DNA from: an uncultured Methanosarcinales archaeon | GTDB taxonomy: Archaea; Nanobdellota; Nanobdellia; Woesearchaeales; DSVV01 | Direction: 5' to 3' | Assembly (NCBI GenBank): GCA_964385055.1 | Contig: CAYLMH010000001.1 | Coordinates: 30,111-94,110 of the forward strand | DNA length: 64,000 bases | In this document: in pieces, positions 1 to 9,901 of the stretch | How positions within the stretch are numbered: the stretch's first letter is position 1 | Layout: every line of letters begins with the position of its first letter | The notes under the pieces: model-generated | The model's input: only the letters and a program-made list of their open reading frames with translations | Databases searched by the model: none | Told to the model about the DNA's origin: nothing | Translations under genes and position numbers: made by a program

Positions 1-1
1 G

Positions 2-1654
2 ATAGCAGAAGCGCTGCATAAACAAGGGAAAAAGATTGTCACCACAAATGGAAGTTTTGATATGATCCATTATGGTCATGTATATTGTCTAGAAAAAGCA
101 AAAGAACAAGGGGATGTTTTGATTGTTGGCCTCAATAGCGATAAGTCAATTAAACAATACAAAAGCCCAGAACGCCCAATTGTTCCTGAAAAATATCGTG
201 CATTGATGCTTGCATCATTAGAATGTGTTGATTACGTTACTGTATTTGATGAAACAGTACCTATGCCTTTTATAGAGGGAATAAAACCACATATTCATGC
301 AAATAGCGGAGAATACAGTGCAGATTGCATTGAACGTCCAACTGTTGAGAAATATGGGGGAAAGATGTATGTTATCGATAAAATAGATGGCTTATCGACG
401 TCCGCACTCTACAAAAAAATAATTGAGCTAGAAACAAAAGAAAACAAAGGAAAATCGAAAAGAGATCTTGTTCTAGAGACAATAAAGAAACAAAATGGAA
501 TTCTATTTGCAGAACCGGCAATTGTCTATCGATGCCAATATAGCGGAAGAAATATTATTGCAAAGAATAGTAAATTTGCTCCAGAATACGTAGATGATCG
601 AGGGTATGTTCCTGTAGAATGGTGGATTATGTCCAAAACAGCAGCAGGAAACGAAAAGAAAAAAGAAGGAGAAGGTCTTTCTCTTGTCTACATTGAAACG
701 GAAAAAGGAACAGAGAAGATAACGTTCCAGCAGGCAGTAGAAATAGCAACTGCAGATGTGCTGGGAAATTATACAAACCAATGGCCATTGACCAAAATTC
801 TTGATATTGGCGGAGAACTAATAGAACCAAGTTTTTCAAAGGAAAAAGAAGTTCCACCTATTCCGTGCCATGTGCATTCAGGGGACATCGTGGATGGAAA
901 AGCTGCAGGACCAGGTAAATTAGAGGCATATTTCTTCCCGCCTGTAAATATCGAACCGTACAACGCGCAATTTGGAAAAACAATAACAAGACTTGGAGTA
1001 AAATCAAATGTCACAAAAGAAATGTTTGAAGAAAAACTCAAGCATTTTGGAAAGGATGATGCGATGTATGACCTCTGCAATGTGTATGAAATCAACGCAT
1101 ATGATGGATGGACATTATTGCCAGGAGTAGTGCATGCACCTGGTCCATGGACAACGTTTGAAATTCAACGCCCGCAGGATGATTTTAATCTTGCAAGTTG
1201 GCAGCTCGGCCAACGATTCAGAGAAGAAGAGTTGGAAGAAAAAAGACAATCATTACAGTTCCGTGGACTAAAAGATGAAAAAGCATTTGTGGAAGAAGTC
1301 GTCAACTGGGAAGTTTCTGTTGATCAAAAATTTAAAGAAAAGTGGTATAGGCCAAGCAAAGTAGTGGAACAAGGAGAGTGGGGAAGACGACTTCAGATTT
1401 TCTTTGATGCGTTTTATGGAGAAGCATTTGAAATAGAACCAGGAAAATCATGGACAAGAACTGCTGATGAACGACCATTTGCGGGGATTGTATGGAGCGG
1501 AAAAGGAATACTCAACGGAAATGAAATAGACGTTATGAATAATGCAAAGAAAGAGTTTTTAGTGACGCCAAAAACAGCAGTGATGATTAAAAATACAGGA
1601 ACGATTCCTCTGTTAATATATACAGTCTTTCCTATTGATGAAAAAAAGATGTGA
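2..1654 (+). CDS. 5'-truncated HldE domain-II-like nucleotidyltransferase (D-beta-D-heptose-1-P adenylyltransferase-like) fused to a ~400-aa uncharacterized C-terminal domain, possibly a cupin/PMI-like isomerase
   Basis: Frame 2 is open from base 2, so the gene starts upstream of the window. The N-terminus (KIVTTNGSFDMIHYGHVYCLEKAKEQGDVLIVGLNSDKSIK..RP.) aligns closely by eye to E. coli HldE domain II ([41 protein letters not shown]..RP). The C-terminal region (IPCHVHSGD, PGVVHAPGPW) has no clear family; the PMI/cupin assignment is weak. Confidence 0.7.
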   Translation: MAEALHKQGKKIVTTNGSFDMIHYGHVYCLEKAKEQGDVLIVGLNSDKSIKQYKSPERPIVPEKYRALMLASLECVDYVTVFDETVPMPFIEGIKPHIHANSGEYSADCIERPTVEKYGGKMYVIDKIDGLSTSALYKKIIELETKENKGKSKRDLVLETIKKQNGILFAEPAIVYRCQYSGRNIIAKNSKFAPEYVDDRGYVPVEWWIMSKTAAGNEKKKEGEGLSLVYIETEKGTEKITFQQAVEIATADVLGNYTNQWPLTKILDIGGELIEPSFSKEKEVPPIPCHVHSGDIVDGKAAGPGKLEAYFFPPVNIEPYNAQFGKTITRLGVKSNVTKEMFEEKLKHFGKDDAMYDLCNVYEINAYDGWTLLPGVVHAPGPWTTFEIQRPQDDFNLASWQLGQRFREEELEEKRQSLQFRGLKDEKAFVEEVVNWEVSVDQKFKEKWYRPSKVVEQGEWGRRLQIFFDAFYGEAFEIEPGKSWTRTADERPFAGIVWSGKGILNGNEIDVMNNAKKEFLVTPKTAVMIKNTGTIPLLIYTVFPIDEKKM

Positions 1655-1665
1655 TGGAGTAAAAA

Positions 1666-2721
1666 ATGGGAGAAATCAATGCAACAGCATTACGACAAGC
1701 ATTTATTGACACTGCGCTTGCAGCAGATGATGCGTTAGCGCAAACAATTCCCGCAATCGCGCAAGGAATTAGTTACCGCCCACAAGTCTCACAAGCAGTT
1801 GCAGAAGTGCTAGGACCAATGGAACTAGAAACCGCTGCAGATGTAAATTCTCTTCTTGTTTCAATTGCATTGCTTGACCATCGTCTTCACGAACAAGGAA
1901 TAAGATACAACCTTGTAGGTGAAGAAAAGAAAAACAGAGACACAGCACAAAAATTAGCAGAAAGACTTCGTGCGTATGATCCTTCTGGCAATGCACCATT
2001 CGATCTTGTTATTGATCCGCTTGACAGTACGAATAATGGTCTTCACGGATTTCCACATGGATACATGCTTTCGCTATTGGAGGCACAAACAGGAACAAGC
2101 CCAGCAATTCCAAGAGCAGGTCTTGAAGAACGATTAGTAAAACCAATAATGGCGCTTGTTTCCAGCAGAACAGAAGGAGAATTATTTGTTGGAGATGGAA
2201 TAAATAACAGAGCGTATAAGATTTTATTAAATCGCGAAGGGGGAAGATGGTCATATCATGCAGCATGTCCAGAAGCTCCCCTTATTGTGGGAAGACAAAC
2301 AGAAATCGACGGCATTTCTATCAATTTTGATGATCGTGGGCATTATCATGGAACACGCCTTGCAGCATTGCAAGAACGATTTGTGCAAGGAAAACTCCTT
2401 GTTAGAATATTTGGAGCATCAGGATATCAACTTCCAAAGCTGGCAGATGCGCACAATGCAAGAGGACTAGGCGCAGCTGTTGAAGTACTAACAAAACCAC
2501 ATGACGTTATTCCTCCAGGAGTTATTCTGACAATTGCAGGAGGATATGTCAAACGCTGGGGACCAGAAGTTGCAGACTGGGCAGAAGAACAAAGAGCATT
2601 CTTCAGATATAATCCTACACGTGGATTTGAATATCACACCAGCTATGCAAACATGAATGGTGGCCTTATTGCGGGAAATAGAACAATTGTTGACAAGCTT
2701 GCAGCAGTTTTAGAGAAATAA
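1666..2721 (+). CDS. IMPase/FBPase-fold sugar phosphatase (inositol monophosphatase family-like)
   Basis: It has a DPLDSTNN motif (IMPase DP(I/L)DGT) and an upstream GEEK acidic motif (IMPase metal-binding EE). Its position between heptose-pathway genes suggests a sugar-phosphate phosphatase role. Confidence 0.45.
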   Translation: MGEINATALRQAFIDTALAADDALAQTIPAIAQGISYRPQVSQAVAEVLGPMELETAADVNSLLVSIALLDHRLHEQGIRYNLVGEEKKNRDTAQKLAERLRAYDPSGNAPFDLVIDPLDSTNNGLHGFPHGYMLSLLEAQTGTSPAIPRAGLEERLVKPIMALVSSRTEGELFVGDGINNRAYKILLNREGGRWSYHAACPEAPLIVGRQTEIDGISINFDDRGHYHGTRLAALQERFVQGKLLVRIFGASGYQLPKLADAHNARGLGAAVEVLTKPHDVIPPGVILTIAGGYVKRWGPEVADWAEEQRAFFRYNPTRGFEYHTSYANMNGGLIAGNRTIVDKLAAVLEK

Positions 2722-2760
2722 GTTTGATGTATTCTTTTATTTTTTTGTTTTATTTTTTCT
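2722..2760. terminator. T-rich tract between convergent genes (candidate archaeal oligo-T terminator)
   Basis: tttatttttttgttttattttttc lies between the stop at 2721 (+) and the stop at 2750 (-). Confidence 0.35.
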
Positions 2761-3664
2761 TCCCCACACCTAACCATTCCATGTAATCCTTAATCCCAGC
2801 TTCCATGGTCCATTGCGGTTCATAGCCAAGCAATTGCTTTGCAAGCATCAAATCAGCCTGCGTATGTGCTTGAAAGAAATCGTATGGACAATCGAAATAT
2901 TCTGGAGGGAGATTAGTTCCTAACACATCGTTCAGAATTTCAATAATTCGGTTAAAAGAAGTGGCATTCCCTGTCGCTGCGTTCAAAATACAACTATACG
3001 GAGCTTTCATCGCGAGTTGATTCATATAGACAATGTCTTTCACATAGACATGATCTCTGCATTGATCGCCAGGAGTAAACACGCGCGGTCGTTTGCCTGC
3101 GAGCATCTGTTGAGACAACTGATAAATCATGCTGGAAAATTTATCTTTGTGCGCTTCACGAGGACCAAAAACGTTGAAATAGCGTAACCCTACAATTCGA
3201 ATCACACCATTATATTTTTTCATATATTCTTGCGCAACATGATCCATCATTACTTTAGAAAAACCATAGACATTCAGAGGTTCTAAGCTTCCATTTTCAC
3301 GATAGGGAGAAGGAGTGTTACCGTACACTGCAGCAGAGCTTGCGTAAATAATGTGCGCTTTTGTGCGAACAGCATAATCAAGAAGTCGACGAAATGCATC
3401 AACGTTGGTTTTCATCATCAGTTCTTGATCTAAAACACGAGTGTCAGAAATTGCTGCCTGATGAAAAATGTAATCAAATGTTCCAAGACTATCCCAAGCA
3501 AAGTCAAGAATACTGCCTGTATAAAATTGTCCGCGAAATCCAATCAAATTAGAAAATTGAGCGTTCTGAAAGTTATCAAGAGCAACAACATCGTGTTCTT
3601 TATCGAATGCGAGCGCAATGTTGCTTCCAATAAATCCTGCAGCGCCAGTGACTAAGATTCTCAT
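2750..3664 (-). CDS. NAD-dependent epimerase/dehydratase, ADP-L-glycero-D-manno-heptose 6-epimerase (HldD)-like
   Basis: MRILVTGAAGFIGSNIALAF Rossmann N-terminus, a YASSAAVYG motif and an HldD-like overall layout. The start was placed at the internal M24 (ATG at 3664) because the ORF N-extension is hydrophobic junk. Confidence 0.75.
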   Translation of the reverse strand: MRILVTGAAGFIGSNIALAFDKEHDVVALDNFQNAQFSNLIGFRGQFYTGSILDFAWDSLGTFDYIFHQAAISDTRVLDQELMMKTNVDAFRRLLDYAVRTKAHIIYASSAAVYGNTPSPYRENGSLEPLNVYGFSKVMMDHVAQEYMKKYNGVIRIVGLRYFNVFGPREAHKDKFSSMIYQLSQQMLAGKRPRVFTPGDQCRDHVYVKDIVYMNQLAMKAPYSCILNAATGNATSFNRIIEILNDVLGTNLPPEYFDCPYDFFQAHTQADLMLAKQLLGYEPQWTMEAGIKDYMEWLGVGKKK

Positions 3665-3770
3665 GAGAGAAAAGAAAAGAAATGGGCTTTTAAAGCTTGT
3701 GAAAAGGGAAGGGAAAAAGAGCTGGAGTTCCACAAGTTTTATAACACAAACAGCGATTTCTAGAGAGAGA

Positions 3771-4883
3771 ATGAGTCTCTATCAACAACTGAGAATGTGT
3801 GCAAAAAAAGGAATAGATAGTGCCTGTTTTCTCCTTCTTCTTCCATCATATTTACGACCAAAAAAAGAAATACAAAAAGAAAAGATACAAAAAATTCTCC
3901 TCATCAACCTGCAAGGAATTGGTGATGTCATAGAAACAACCCCACTCCTGACAGAACTAAGAAACACCTTCCCAAAAGCGAAGATTGACTATCTTTGTTA
4001 TAAAGAAAACGGCACGTTGTTAGAAAACGATCCCAGAATAAACAACCTCATCAAAAGGCAAAAACAAGGAGTTATGAACAGGGACTTTTTCCAAACAATA
4101 CATACTATTCAAAAAAACGAATACAATCTTGTTATCAATCTCTTTCCAGCACAACACAGTGCTCTTTTGACAATCCTGAGCAATGCAGAATACAAAATTG
4201 GAAATCTGTACAGCACCGCAAGCACAGCAAATAACCTCCAAATAAAGAAAGCAGCAAAAACATGGGATGGGAGAGAAAACTGCAAAAACATTGCTGAACA
4301 ACTACAAATCCAAATCAAAGACCCCTATCAACCAACGATAGCAATACCCGCAGTAAGAGAAAAAGCAAGACAAAAAGAAACAAAATACATTCTTCTTAAT
4401 CCACACACGCAATGGATCGCGAAACAATGGCCTATGGAAAATTGGCAGGAACTCATCAAATTCCTTCTGAAAGAAAAGAAGCAATACAACATAGCAATTA
4501 TCGGAACAAAAGCAGACAACGAGAGAACAGAGCGCATCATCAGGCAGTTTCAAAAAGAAAAGCGAGTAGAAAATTGGTGCGGAAAATATACCCTCCAAGA
4601 ACTCGCCGCAAAAATAAAAGCTGCAAAACTCATGATCACGACAGATACAGGCCCAATGCATATCGCGCTTGCGACAAAAACAAAAACAATCGGCCTGTTT
4701 GGCTGCACAGATCCAAATATCCTGGTGAAAGGGAATAAACACATCGAGACCATAAGCAGCTATGACAACTGTCCAAAACAACTGCAATTCAATCATAATA
4801 ATGAACCAGAAGATTACAACCAAACACAAATGAAAAGAATAACTGTGGAAGAAGTCATAAATGAAATAAAGCAAGTTATTTAA
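3771..4883 (+). CDS. GT9 family glycosyltransferase (ADP-heptose:acceptor heptosyltransferase-like)
   Basis: KILLINLQGIGDVIETTPLL and LCYKENGTLLENDPRIN resemble the GT9 heptosyltransferase N-terminal motifs (IRLSSLGD.. type). The C-terminal TTDTGPMHIA motif matches GT9 TNDSGPMHLA. The start was chosen at the internal ATG 3771. Confidence 0.75.
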   Translation: MSLYQQLRMCAKKGIDSACFLLLLPSYLRPKKEIQKEKIQKILLINLQGIGDVIETTPLLTELRNTFPKAKIDYLCYKENGTLLENDPRINNLIKRQKQGVMNRDFFQTIHTIQKNEYNLVINLFPAQHSALLTILSNAEYKIGNLYSTASTANNLQIKKAAKTWDGRENCKNIAEQLQIQIKDPYQPTIAIPAVREKARQKETKYILLNPHTQWIAKQWPMENWQELIKFLLKEKKQYNIAIIGTKADNERTERIIRQFQKEKRVENWCGKYTLQELAAKIKAAKLMITTDTGPMHIALATKTKTIGLFGCTDPNILVKGNKHIETISSYDNCPKQLQFNHNNEPEDYNQTQMKRITVEEVINEIKQVI

Positions 4884-4913
4884 AAGAACAAGATAATTTA
4901 CAGGAGAGCTTGA

Positions 4914-6908
4914 TCAGACTTCTCTTTTTCTAAACGGAATACTAAATAAAAAGAGCAAGAGAAAGAAGAGAAGATAAATACTATGAAGTTGCTGTGGTTT
5001 GAAGAAGTCAAATGTCTTAGAAGAAGAAGAGCAGGGTTGACCAAGAGAAATTCCATTTCTTAGTTCCAAGACATCAAGAACATTATTACCTACGACTTCA
5101 GAACGAGAACATAACAAATCAATGTTCTGTTTATAATAAGAAATAAAAGAAGGAATAATCTCTTGACAAAGTGAAAGAGGAAGATAAACTTCGACAAAAG
5201 TGTAGGGAGTAGATAAATAATTACCCCATAAGAAAGGAAAATAGCCTAAACATTTAGATTGTGAAAGTGTATTTGTATAAGGTCTTAAGAGAGGGTAAAG
5301 AAATTCATTTTTTGGAGAAAGAATAATTATAGAAGTATTTTCCTGTTGAAAAATGACTTGAGAAAAAGTGGTGGATATTTTGTCGAGATCATACTGCCAA
5401 CGTGCTTCATAGTCTCCAGGAGAACTAATAAGACCCTTAGTAACAAGAACTTGGGCATGGAGTTCATAACCAATAGTGTCATACTCATATAAGCGATAAG
5501 TGTCAACGTTAAGAAAGTCACTCTTATTAAGATGGAGAAAAAGAGGATATGAAGAATACGCAGTATAATCATGACCAACTAAGACAGAGTCAACTTGGGG
5601 AAGGGAATAAAAGGGATAAGAAACTTCTTTCCTAACTTTATCAAGCATCTTTTGGGTATTAAAAAGAGAACCATCAGAAAAGTCTGAAAAAGTAAAGCCT
5701 GAAAAAAAAGGATAAGAAAGAAATAGAAGAAAAGTAAGAATAAGAAAGTAAGAAGTTTTTATAGCTTTAGAGTATAAGGGAAATTCCACTTTAATTTTAT
5801 ATAATAAAATGATATAAAAAGGAAAAAAGAGAAAGAAATATCGCTCTAAAACCACATGTTGCAATCCAAAAGCTATTGCTGCTTTTCCATAAAACAAAGG
5901 AAAAGAGATTCCACAAATAAATGAGTAAACATCGAACGCACCTGAGAAAAGACGAATAATAACAATAAGTAAAGCAAGATACAACAATAAATAAAATGCA
6001 TTAGGATGACTAAAGAGAAAAAAAGAATATAATACCTCAAAGAGTGAAGCAGAAGGAGGAAAATCTGCGAAAATACCATAATAATATGTAAGAAAGTTTG
6101 GATATTTTATAATAACTAGACTGTATAACAAAAAGAGAGGGAGAGAAAGATAAAAGAGGTTTCTAAACGATTCTAGAAAAGATTGCTTTTGTTCTAATTT
6201 ATAACGAAGAAACATAAACAAAAAAGCAGGTCCAACAAGGAAGAGAGTACTTGATTTGGAAAGCAGAGAAAAGGCAAATAAGAAAGATCCAAGAAATTTA
6301 AGATAAGTGCTGTCTGTATAGTAAAAGAGCAAGAAACCTGGGATAAGAAAGAAAAGAGCAACAGTTGTTGCAAAATCAAATTCTTTTAAAGTAACAAAAA
6401 GGAAGAGGAAGAGTAGGAAAAAGAAAGAGGTATCTTTTGTATATGCATATTTTATCTTGTAAAGAAAGAAAGCAACAATAGAAAGTGAAAGAAGAGAGAA
6501 TAATAAAAGTCCTAATGCAAAATTATCATCAGAAAAAACAAAACGAATAAGATAAGCTACTACATAAGTAATCGGTCCCTGAACACAATATGGATTTTCA
6601 GTGTATAATGTCCCTTGTTGCAAATAAGCCAGGCAAAATTCTTGACCAAAAAGTCGTGGGGGGGAATAGGGTTCTAACCAACCTAAAGTTAATAATCCAC
6701 TCAAAATAAGCATAAAAGAAAGAATAGACCAAAAGAAATTACAGGGACTAATTTTTAAATAGTCACGTATGAAAAAGAGAGAAAGAAGAGTAGCAAGGAA
6801 CAGAAGAATAGAAGAGAGAAATGACAATCCTAAGAAACTAAAGACTGGAATACTCAAAAATAAAAAGAATAAAGGGAATAAATAAGAGTAATAAGTAGAC
6901 ATGGGCAA
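4914..6908 (-). CDS. Large polytopic membrane protein, family A paralog (GT-C-like candidate) with a C-terminal soluble domain
   Basis: About 12 predicted TM segments. The conserved motif is RLFGQEFCLAYLQQGTLYTENPYCVQGPITYVVAYL. The C-terminal domain is clearly homologous to that of 47889-49889 (SDGSLFNTQKMLDKVRKEVSYP vs SDGSIFNGQKFLDKVRMEISFP; CSRSEVVGNNV vs CHRSKVVGGII). Confidence 0.6.
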   Translation of the reverse strand: MPMSTYYSYLFPLFFLFLSIPVFSFLGLSFLSSILLFLATLLSLFFIRDYLKISPCNFFWSILSFMLILSGLLTLGWLEPYSPPRLFGQEFCLAYLQQGTLYTENPYCVQGPITYVVAYLIRFVFSDDNFALGLLLFSLLSLSIVAFFLYKIKYAYTKDTSFFFLLFLFLFVTLKEFDFATTVALFFLIPGFLLFYYTDSTYLKFLGSFLFAFSLLSKSSTLFLVGPAFLFMFLRYKLEQKQSFLESFRNLFYLSLPLFLLYSLVIIKYPNFLTYYYGIFADFPPSASLFEVLYSFFLFSHPNAFYLLLYLALLIVIIRLFSGAFDVYSFICGISFPLFYGKAAIAFGLQHVVLERYFFLFFPFYIILLYKIKVEFPLYSKAIKTSYFLILTFLLFLSYPFFSGFTFSDFSDGSLFNTQKMLDKVRKEVSYPFYSLPQVDSVLVGHDYTAYSSYPLFLHLNKSDFLNVDTYRLYEYDTIGYELHAQVLVTKGLISSPGDYEARWQYDLDKISTTFSQVIFQQENTSIIILSPKNEFLYPLLRPYTNTLSQSKCLGYFPFLWGNYLSTPYTFVEVYLPLSLCQEIIPSFISYYKQNIDLLCSRSEVVGNNVLDVLELRNGISLGQPCSSSSKTFDFFKPQQLHSIYLLFFLLLFLFSIPFRKREV

Positions 6909-7002
6909 AAGGAGTAGAAGATAATTTAAATAGTTTAACCTTCGCGACAGACTTCTATGAGGAAGGAGAAATAATCGTAGGCAAAGTCCTAGTAAGAAAG
7001 GA

Positions 7003-7018
7003 ATAAACTTTATAATAA
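7003..7018 (+). promoter_or_regulatory. Archaeal BRE/TATA box (tttataat) ~23-30 nt upstream of the ATG at 7039 (leaderless-type promoter)
   Basis: aaactttataataaaa sits at the canonical distance from the start codon. Confidence 0.45.
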
Positions 7019-7038
7019 AAACACTCCATCTAAGAAAT

Positions 7039-7758
7039 ATGACTGGAAAAGAAGAGAAAGATCATAAGATAAGCGTCATTATTCCTGTGTTTAATGAAGA
7101 AAACTGTATTTTAGAAATATATAATAAAGTAAAAGAAGCAAATATAGGAAACATAAAAAAAGAAATAATTATTGTTGATGATTGTTCTACAGACAAAACA
7201 GCAGAGAGAATAAAAGAAATAAAAGATAAAGAAGTGAAAATACTGTTCCATGAAAAGAATTATGGAAAAGGAAGAGCAATAAGAACAGGATTAAAAGAAG
7301 TCACCGGAGACATCATTATAATACAGGATGCAGACTTGGAATATGACCCAAACGATTTTCAAATACTTATAAAACCAATCCTTGAAGGAAAAGCTGAAGT
7401 GGTTTATGGATCAAGAAGACTAAACAAGGAAAATGAACAATACGCTGGACTCTCGTACTATGTTGGAGGAATAGGGCTGACCAAAATAACAAACATGTTG
7501 TACAATAGCCACCTCACCGATGAAGCAACAGGATATAAAGTATTCAAAACAGAGCTTCTTCAGAGTCTTAACCTTGAATGTGAAAGATTTGAATTTTGCC
7601 CAGAAGTAACTGCAAAAGTGCTGAGAAGAAAGAAGAACATAGTAGAAGTTCCAATTAACTATTATCCGAGAAGCATAAAGGAAGGAAAGAAGATTCGCTT
7701 TAAAGATGGCTTTGAAGCAGTCTGGACGCTACTTAAATGGCGTTGGAAAAAGTTCTAA
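7039..7758 (+). CDS. GT2 glycosyltransferase (dolichyl-phosphate sugar synthase, DPM1/AglJ-like)
   Basis: ISVIIPVFNEE..IIIVDDCSTDKT..IIQDADLEYDP are GT2 signatures (DxD region), with a DPM1-like architecture. Confidence 0.85.
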   Translation: MTGKEEKDHKISVIIPVFNEENCILEIYNKVKEANIGNIKKEIIIVDDCSTDKTAERIKEIKDKEVKILFHEKNYGKGRAIRTGLKEVTGDIIIIQDADLEYDPNDFQILIKPILEGKAEVVYGSRRLNKENEQYAGLSYYVGGIGLTKITNMLYNSHLTDEATGYKVFKTELLQSLNLECERFEFCPEVTAKVLRRKKNIVEVPINYYPRSIKEGKKIRFKDGFEAVWTLLKWRWKKF

Positions 7759-7760
7759 AA

Positions 7761-8339
7761 TTATTTTACTGCAATAGTTACATACGTTGTTGGTCCATTT
7801 CTATCCTTATAATTCCCAACAAAATAAAAGAGTTTGTTAAACAATTTAAGAAAAGGAAGTTTCCAAGTAATCATTTCCCAGAAAAAGAAAAACCTGTTTC
7901 CCACTTCTTTTACATCAACATGGGAAAATTCTTTACACAATTCTTTCAAACCATCTCGAGTATATCGAAAATAATCATTGGGGTCAGGATGATAAGGGTA
8001 AAGAAAAGGAGTAGAAATAATGACTGTTCCTCCTTTTTTGAGGACACGATGAATTTCTTTGAGTACCTGAGTGGGATTATGACAATGTTCGAGAAGTTCT
8101 GTTGCAACAACAGTGTCAAAAGTTCCTTTTTTGATCATAAAAAGATTGTGTGCGTCAGCAACAATATCAGGATTGTTTTCTTTATTGATGTCAACACACA
8201 AATACTCCGTGTATTGCATTTCTTTTTTATAGGGACTTTTTTTGCCGCCAAGATCAAGAACTTTTCCAAGCTTTCTTTCTCCGAGAAGAGAAGCAAGTTC
8301 CTTATCTAAAGCAATTCGTATGAGTTCTTTCATGTTCAA
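7761..8339 (-). CDS. Class I SAM-dependent methyltransferase (Methyltransf_11-like)
   Basis: VLDLGGKKSPY glycine-rich SAM motif, ..HNLFMIKKGTFDTVVATELLEH, VLKKGGTVIIS. Confidence 0.75.
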   Translation of the reverse strand: MNMKELIRIALDKELASLLGERKLGKVLDLGGKKSPYKKEMQYTEYLCVDINKENNPDIVADAHNLFMIKKGTFDTVVATELLEHCHNPTQVLKEIHRVLKKGGTVIISTPFLYPYHPDPNDYFRYTRDGLKELCKEFSHVDVKEVGNRFFFFWEMITWKLPFLKLFNKLFYFVGNYKDRNGPTTYVTIAVK

Positions 8340-8344
8340 AAAAT

Positions 8345-9814
8345 TTATGTACTTTTCGTCATCTGCATTTTAAGCATCATGCGTTGGGCTGAAAGTTTAA
8401 GAAGATCTTTTCCAGCAACAATGTTTCGTTTAAGATCCGCAAAGTTTCTCATTTCTTTGAGTTTTCGGACAATAAATCGGGGCCGTGTGTATAACTCAAA
8501 GTATGCTCGTCCATTCCAATAGGCGATCTCCTCTGCAGTAAGATACTTTGTCCGCACCATAGGCGTTGTCCCATGAGAAATGTGTTTTTCCCAATTCGTT
8601 GCGTCTTCCCCAACAAAAAGATTATTGTCTGCAACTTCCTTAAAGATTGGTGTTTCGAAATAAGGATTGAGAGTGTTAAAGTACGTAATATCAGCGTCAA
8701 TTTTTTTAGCGAATGCGATTGTTTGCTTAATTTCTTTTTCACTTTCCCACGGAAAGCCAATAAGGAAAGAACATTTTACTTGTATACCTACTTTTTTCGT
8801 GAGAACAACTGCGCGCTCAACCTGCTCAAGAGTAATAAATTTTTTGAGGCGATCAATACCTTCTTGATAACCACATTCAACACCAAAAATAATACTTCTA
8901 CAGCCACCTTCATACATTTTCTGTAAGATATCTTCTTTGACATTACTAACACGAGTGAGGCATTCCCAAATGACATCAATATTTCTCGCTTTTATCTCAT
9001 CACATATATCAATAACTCTTTTGTGATTAACAGTGAACTCGTCATCCTGAAAATACATGTGAGAAATACCAAAGGTTTTATTGAGGTACTCAATTTCATC
9101 AACAACAACCTTAGGGCTTCGCTGTCGCCATTTATACTGGTTCATTTGAACACTGGTGCAAAAGCCACATTGCGCAGTACAGCCACGAGAAGTAATCATC
9201 GTGGAAAATTTACGCCCGACATCTAATGCAGCATATGCCTTGTATTTATCCATAGGAAGAAGATGATATGCAGGCATGGGAAGCTCATCAAGATTTTTAA
9301 TAAGTTCCCGGGCTGGAGTTCGAACAGGCTTCTTGTTTTCATCAAGATAACAAATACCTTGTATTTTTCTATAATCCCCTTGTTTTTTTAAAATGTAATG
9401 AACAAGATCACGTGCTGTATATTCTGCTTCACCCATAATAACAAAATCAACACCTTCACGAACAACCGCTGTTTCTGGAAGAATTGTCGCGTGTGGACCA
9501 CCATAAAAGATAGTGACTTCTGGAAGCGCTTTTTTAAAATCTTTAATGAGATCCATCGTTAAAGGAAAGTTTGCAGTAACCCCCGCAGCAGCAATTATTT
9601 TTGGCTGTAATTCAGTTACTTTCTGAACAATCTCCGCATGATTCATGCCAAGAGTAAACGCATCAAGAATCTGAACAGTGTACCCTGCCTGCTCGAGAAC
9701 CGCGGCAATAGAAGCTACACCAAGAGGCGGACTTCTCGAGCTCAAGCTGTCAAGAATACCATAACTAAATGGAGGAGCAACAAAAAGAACGTCTAATTGC
9801 TTTTCTTGAGTCAT
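8345..9814 (-). CDS. Cobalamin-binding (class B) radical SAM protein
   Basis: The N-terminal B12-binding-like domain (DVLFVAPPFSYG..) is followed by SRGCTAQCGFCTS (a CxxxCxxC radical SAM cluster motif). Confidence 0.85.
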   Translation of the reverse strand: MTQEKQLDVLFVAPPFSYGILDSLSSRSPPLGVASIAAVLEQAGYTVQILDAFTLGMNHAEIVQKVTELQPKIIAAAGVTANFPLTMDLIKDFKKALPEVTIFYGGPHATILPETAVVREGVDFVIMGEAEYTARDLVHYILKKQGDYRKIQGICYLDENKKPVRTPARELIKNLDELPMPAYHLLPMDKYKAYAALDVGRKFSTMITSRGCTAQCGFCTSVQMNQYKWRQRSPKVVVDEIEYLNKTFGISHMYFQDDEFTVNHKRVIDICDEIKARNIDVIWECLTRVSNVKEDILQKMYEGGCRSIIFGVECGYQEGIDRLKKFITLEQVERAVVLTKKVGIQVKCSFLIGFPWESEKEIKQTIAFAKKIDADITYFNTLNPYFETPIFKEVADNNLFVGEDATNWEKHISHGTTPMVRTKYLTAEEIAYWNGRAYFELYTRPRFIVRKLKEMRNFADLKRNIVAGKDLLKLSAQRMMLKMQMTKST

Positions 9815-9901
9815 AGAACAAAAAGAAGAAGTTCAGTCAATTTAAACTTTACTATGGTTCTTTGCATAAGCTTTAAATATCGCACTAAACTATCGAAATA
9901 T

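Noticed and set aside
503-1095. Several 76-108-aa minus-strand ORFs inside the first gene (similar antisense ORFs exist inside nearly every large gene, e.g. 8449-8760, 16307-16705, 26688-27115, 35059-36539, 42184-42893)
   Set aside because: They are antisense to genes with strong domain evidence. The translations are Cys/Phe/Leu-rich junk typical of the reverse frame of AT-rich coding DNA.
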